In this document: positions 62,932 to 64,000 of the stretch, in pieces
Numbering within the stretch: position 1 is the stretch's first letter
How the letters are laid out: the number at the start of each line of letters is the position of its first letter
Origin: Podarcis bocagei
Taxonomy: Eukaryota
Strand: one strand, 5' to 3'
Length of the DNA stretch: 64,000 nucleotides
Assembly (NCBI GenBank): GCA_964188305.1
Contig: OZ076900.1
The notes under the pieces: model-generated
What the model was told of the DNA's origin: nothing
Seen by the model: only the letters and a program-made list of their open reading frames with translations
Databases searched by the model: none
Position numbers and translations under genes: made by a program

Positions 62932-63739
62932 TGTCGAGGTACCCAAGCCTCCCCCAAATAAATCACAATTCACACAGAATTTTTGTTTAAGGTTTTTGGC
63001 ATAGTTTTGGTCACAACTTTATTAAAATACATAAATGTGAGTGGTTGCTTAGGCATTGGTTCTGTCCCGCCCAGGGACAGAACTGATGTCCCGCCCAGGG
63101 ACAGAACTGATTTCCGGATTCCAGCGAAAGCCAGTAAAGGAAAACAATATGGGGGGGGGGATGGAGCTGGGCACCAGACCTTCACCTCTCCCCGCATTCC
63201 CCCAGGGGCTTGCGTAGCCCAAGCCCCACACCAGGGATTTGGACGAAAGCATGGCAAGCCCCTGGATTCCTTTAACGGAATTTCCTTGCAGCAGCAGCAT
63301 TGGAGGGGCAGGCACTGCCAACCACATCCCCTCCACCAACCAAAAATTAACCAATGCCTAACCGCAACCTTATAAGTTGTGACGATTTGCTACGCAGCAG
63401 GCAAAAACCAAATGGCACCAGCCAATCAGCCAAACGGACAAAATTCCTACCAGGCCCCTGCCCCAAAAGCAGACAACCCCATGACAGGCATAGCAAAAGC
63501 CCTAAATTAGGGAGGGTAGGCGGGTGATCCGGTGCACGCAGCAAAAGAGAACGCTCGATGCTGCGTATTCAGTATATAAAACCCTTGGTCCATCCCACAA
63601 ATTGGCAACATCAAAATTTCCCCAGTAACCCAAACAGCCCAATCACTGCCAGTGACCATCTAAAGGATCCCGCCTGGCAACAGAGGGGTGGCCTGTCAGA
63701 CCCCACTGCAACACGTGCTCTCCATGAAGGAGAACACGC
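62932..63739 (-). mobile_element. LTR-like insertion, antisense to TENM1
   Basis: GC-rich island in AT-rich DNA flanked by a ttaatg direct repeat; begins TGTCG; minus-strand AATAAA at about 63018-63023; CCAAT boxes; cttataag at about 63370; 24-bp tandem duplication at 63063-63110. Confidence 0.55.
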
Positions 63740-64000
63740 TTAATGAGAAAAATGCTTCTTAGGTCTTTTGGTGACTTAAGTATTTAAAATAATAATCCAA
63801 AGTGAATTTCAAGGCTCCTTAAATTAATGTATGGATGATCAACTTATTTATCTTTTTTTGGGGGGGGGGGGGAATACCGAACCAAAAATTATTCAAAGTC
63901 AGTTTTTGTCCTATTGATATGGAATTTATTGTCTTCTAGAATTCAGAATGTTTGTGAAATAATTCTGGAACAGCATGACTTAAATGTGTACTTCTTGTAC

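Noticed and set aside
59179-64000. Next TENM1 exon (EGF6-7, ELCTMEC...)
   Set aside because: No such Cys pattern seen; the exon lies beyond the window.
1-64000. Nested protein-coding gene such as the neighbouring SH2D1A, or an intact transposase or reverse transcriptase
   Set aside because: No recognisable SH2, DDE or RT peptide in the ORF track. The remaining short ORFs fall in repeats or look random; very small exons cannot be excluded by eye.

Overview
Vertebrate genomic DNA, almost certainly a lacertid lizard given its Sauria/Squam1 SINEs, Squam3B-type SINE with (CTT)n tail and BovB/CR1/L2/Penelope remnants. The window lies inside one large + strand gene, teneurin-1 (TENM1). Eight consecutive internal coding exons (241, 239, 153, 200, 211, 102, 195 and 201 nt; 1542 nt in total, all GT-AG, phases compatible) correspond to human TENM1 coding exons 4-11, with numbering from memory. 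They encode the proline-rich end of the intracellular domain, the type II transmembrane helix, the extracellular linker and EGF repeats 1-5. The gene's start and end lie outside the window. The other ~97% is intron filled with SINEs, LINE fragments, solo-LTR-like pieces and many non-autonomous DNA transposons, several nested and with intact target-site duplications (TSDs). No second protein-coding gene is supported. The most notable non-coding observations are a TSD-flanked 105-bp Penelope fragment that begins with a minimal hammerhead-ribozyme motif, a near-perfect 68-nt hairpin with a let-7-like arm, a fold-back Sauria SINE dimer, a 107-bp inverted repeat inside a hAT-like element, and splice/polyA configurations that could give new TENM1 isoforms. 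Repeat family names come from recognition, not database searches. I found no evidence of a genuinely new multi-gene system.
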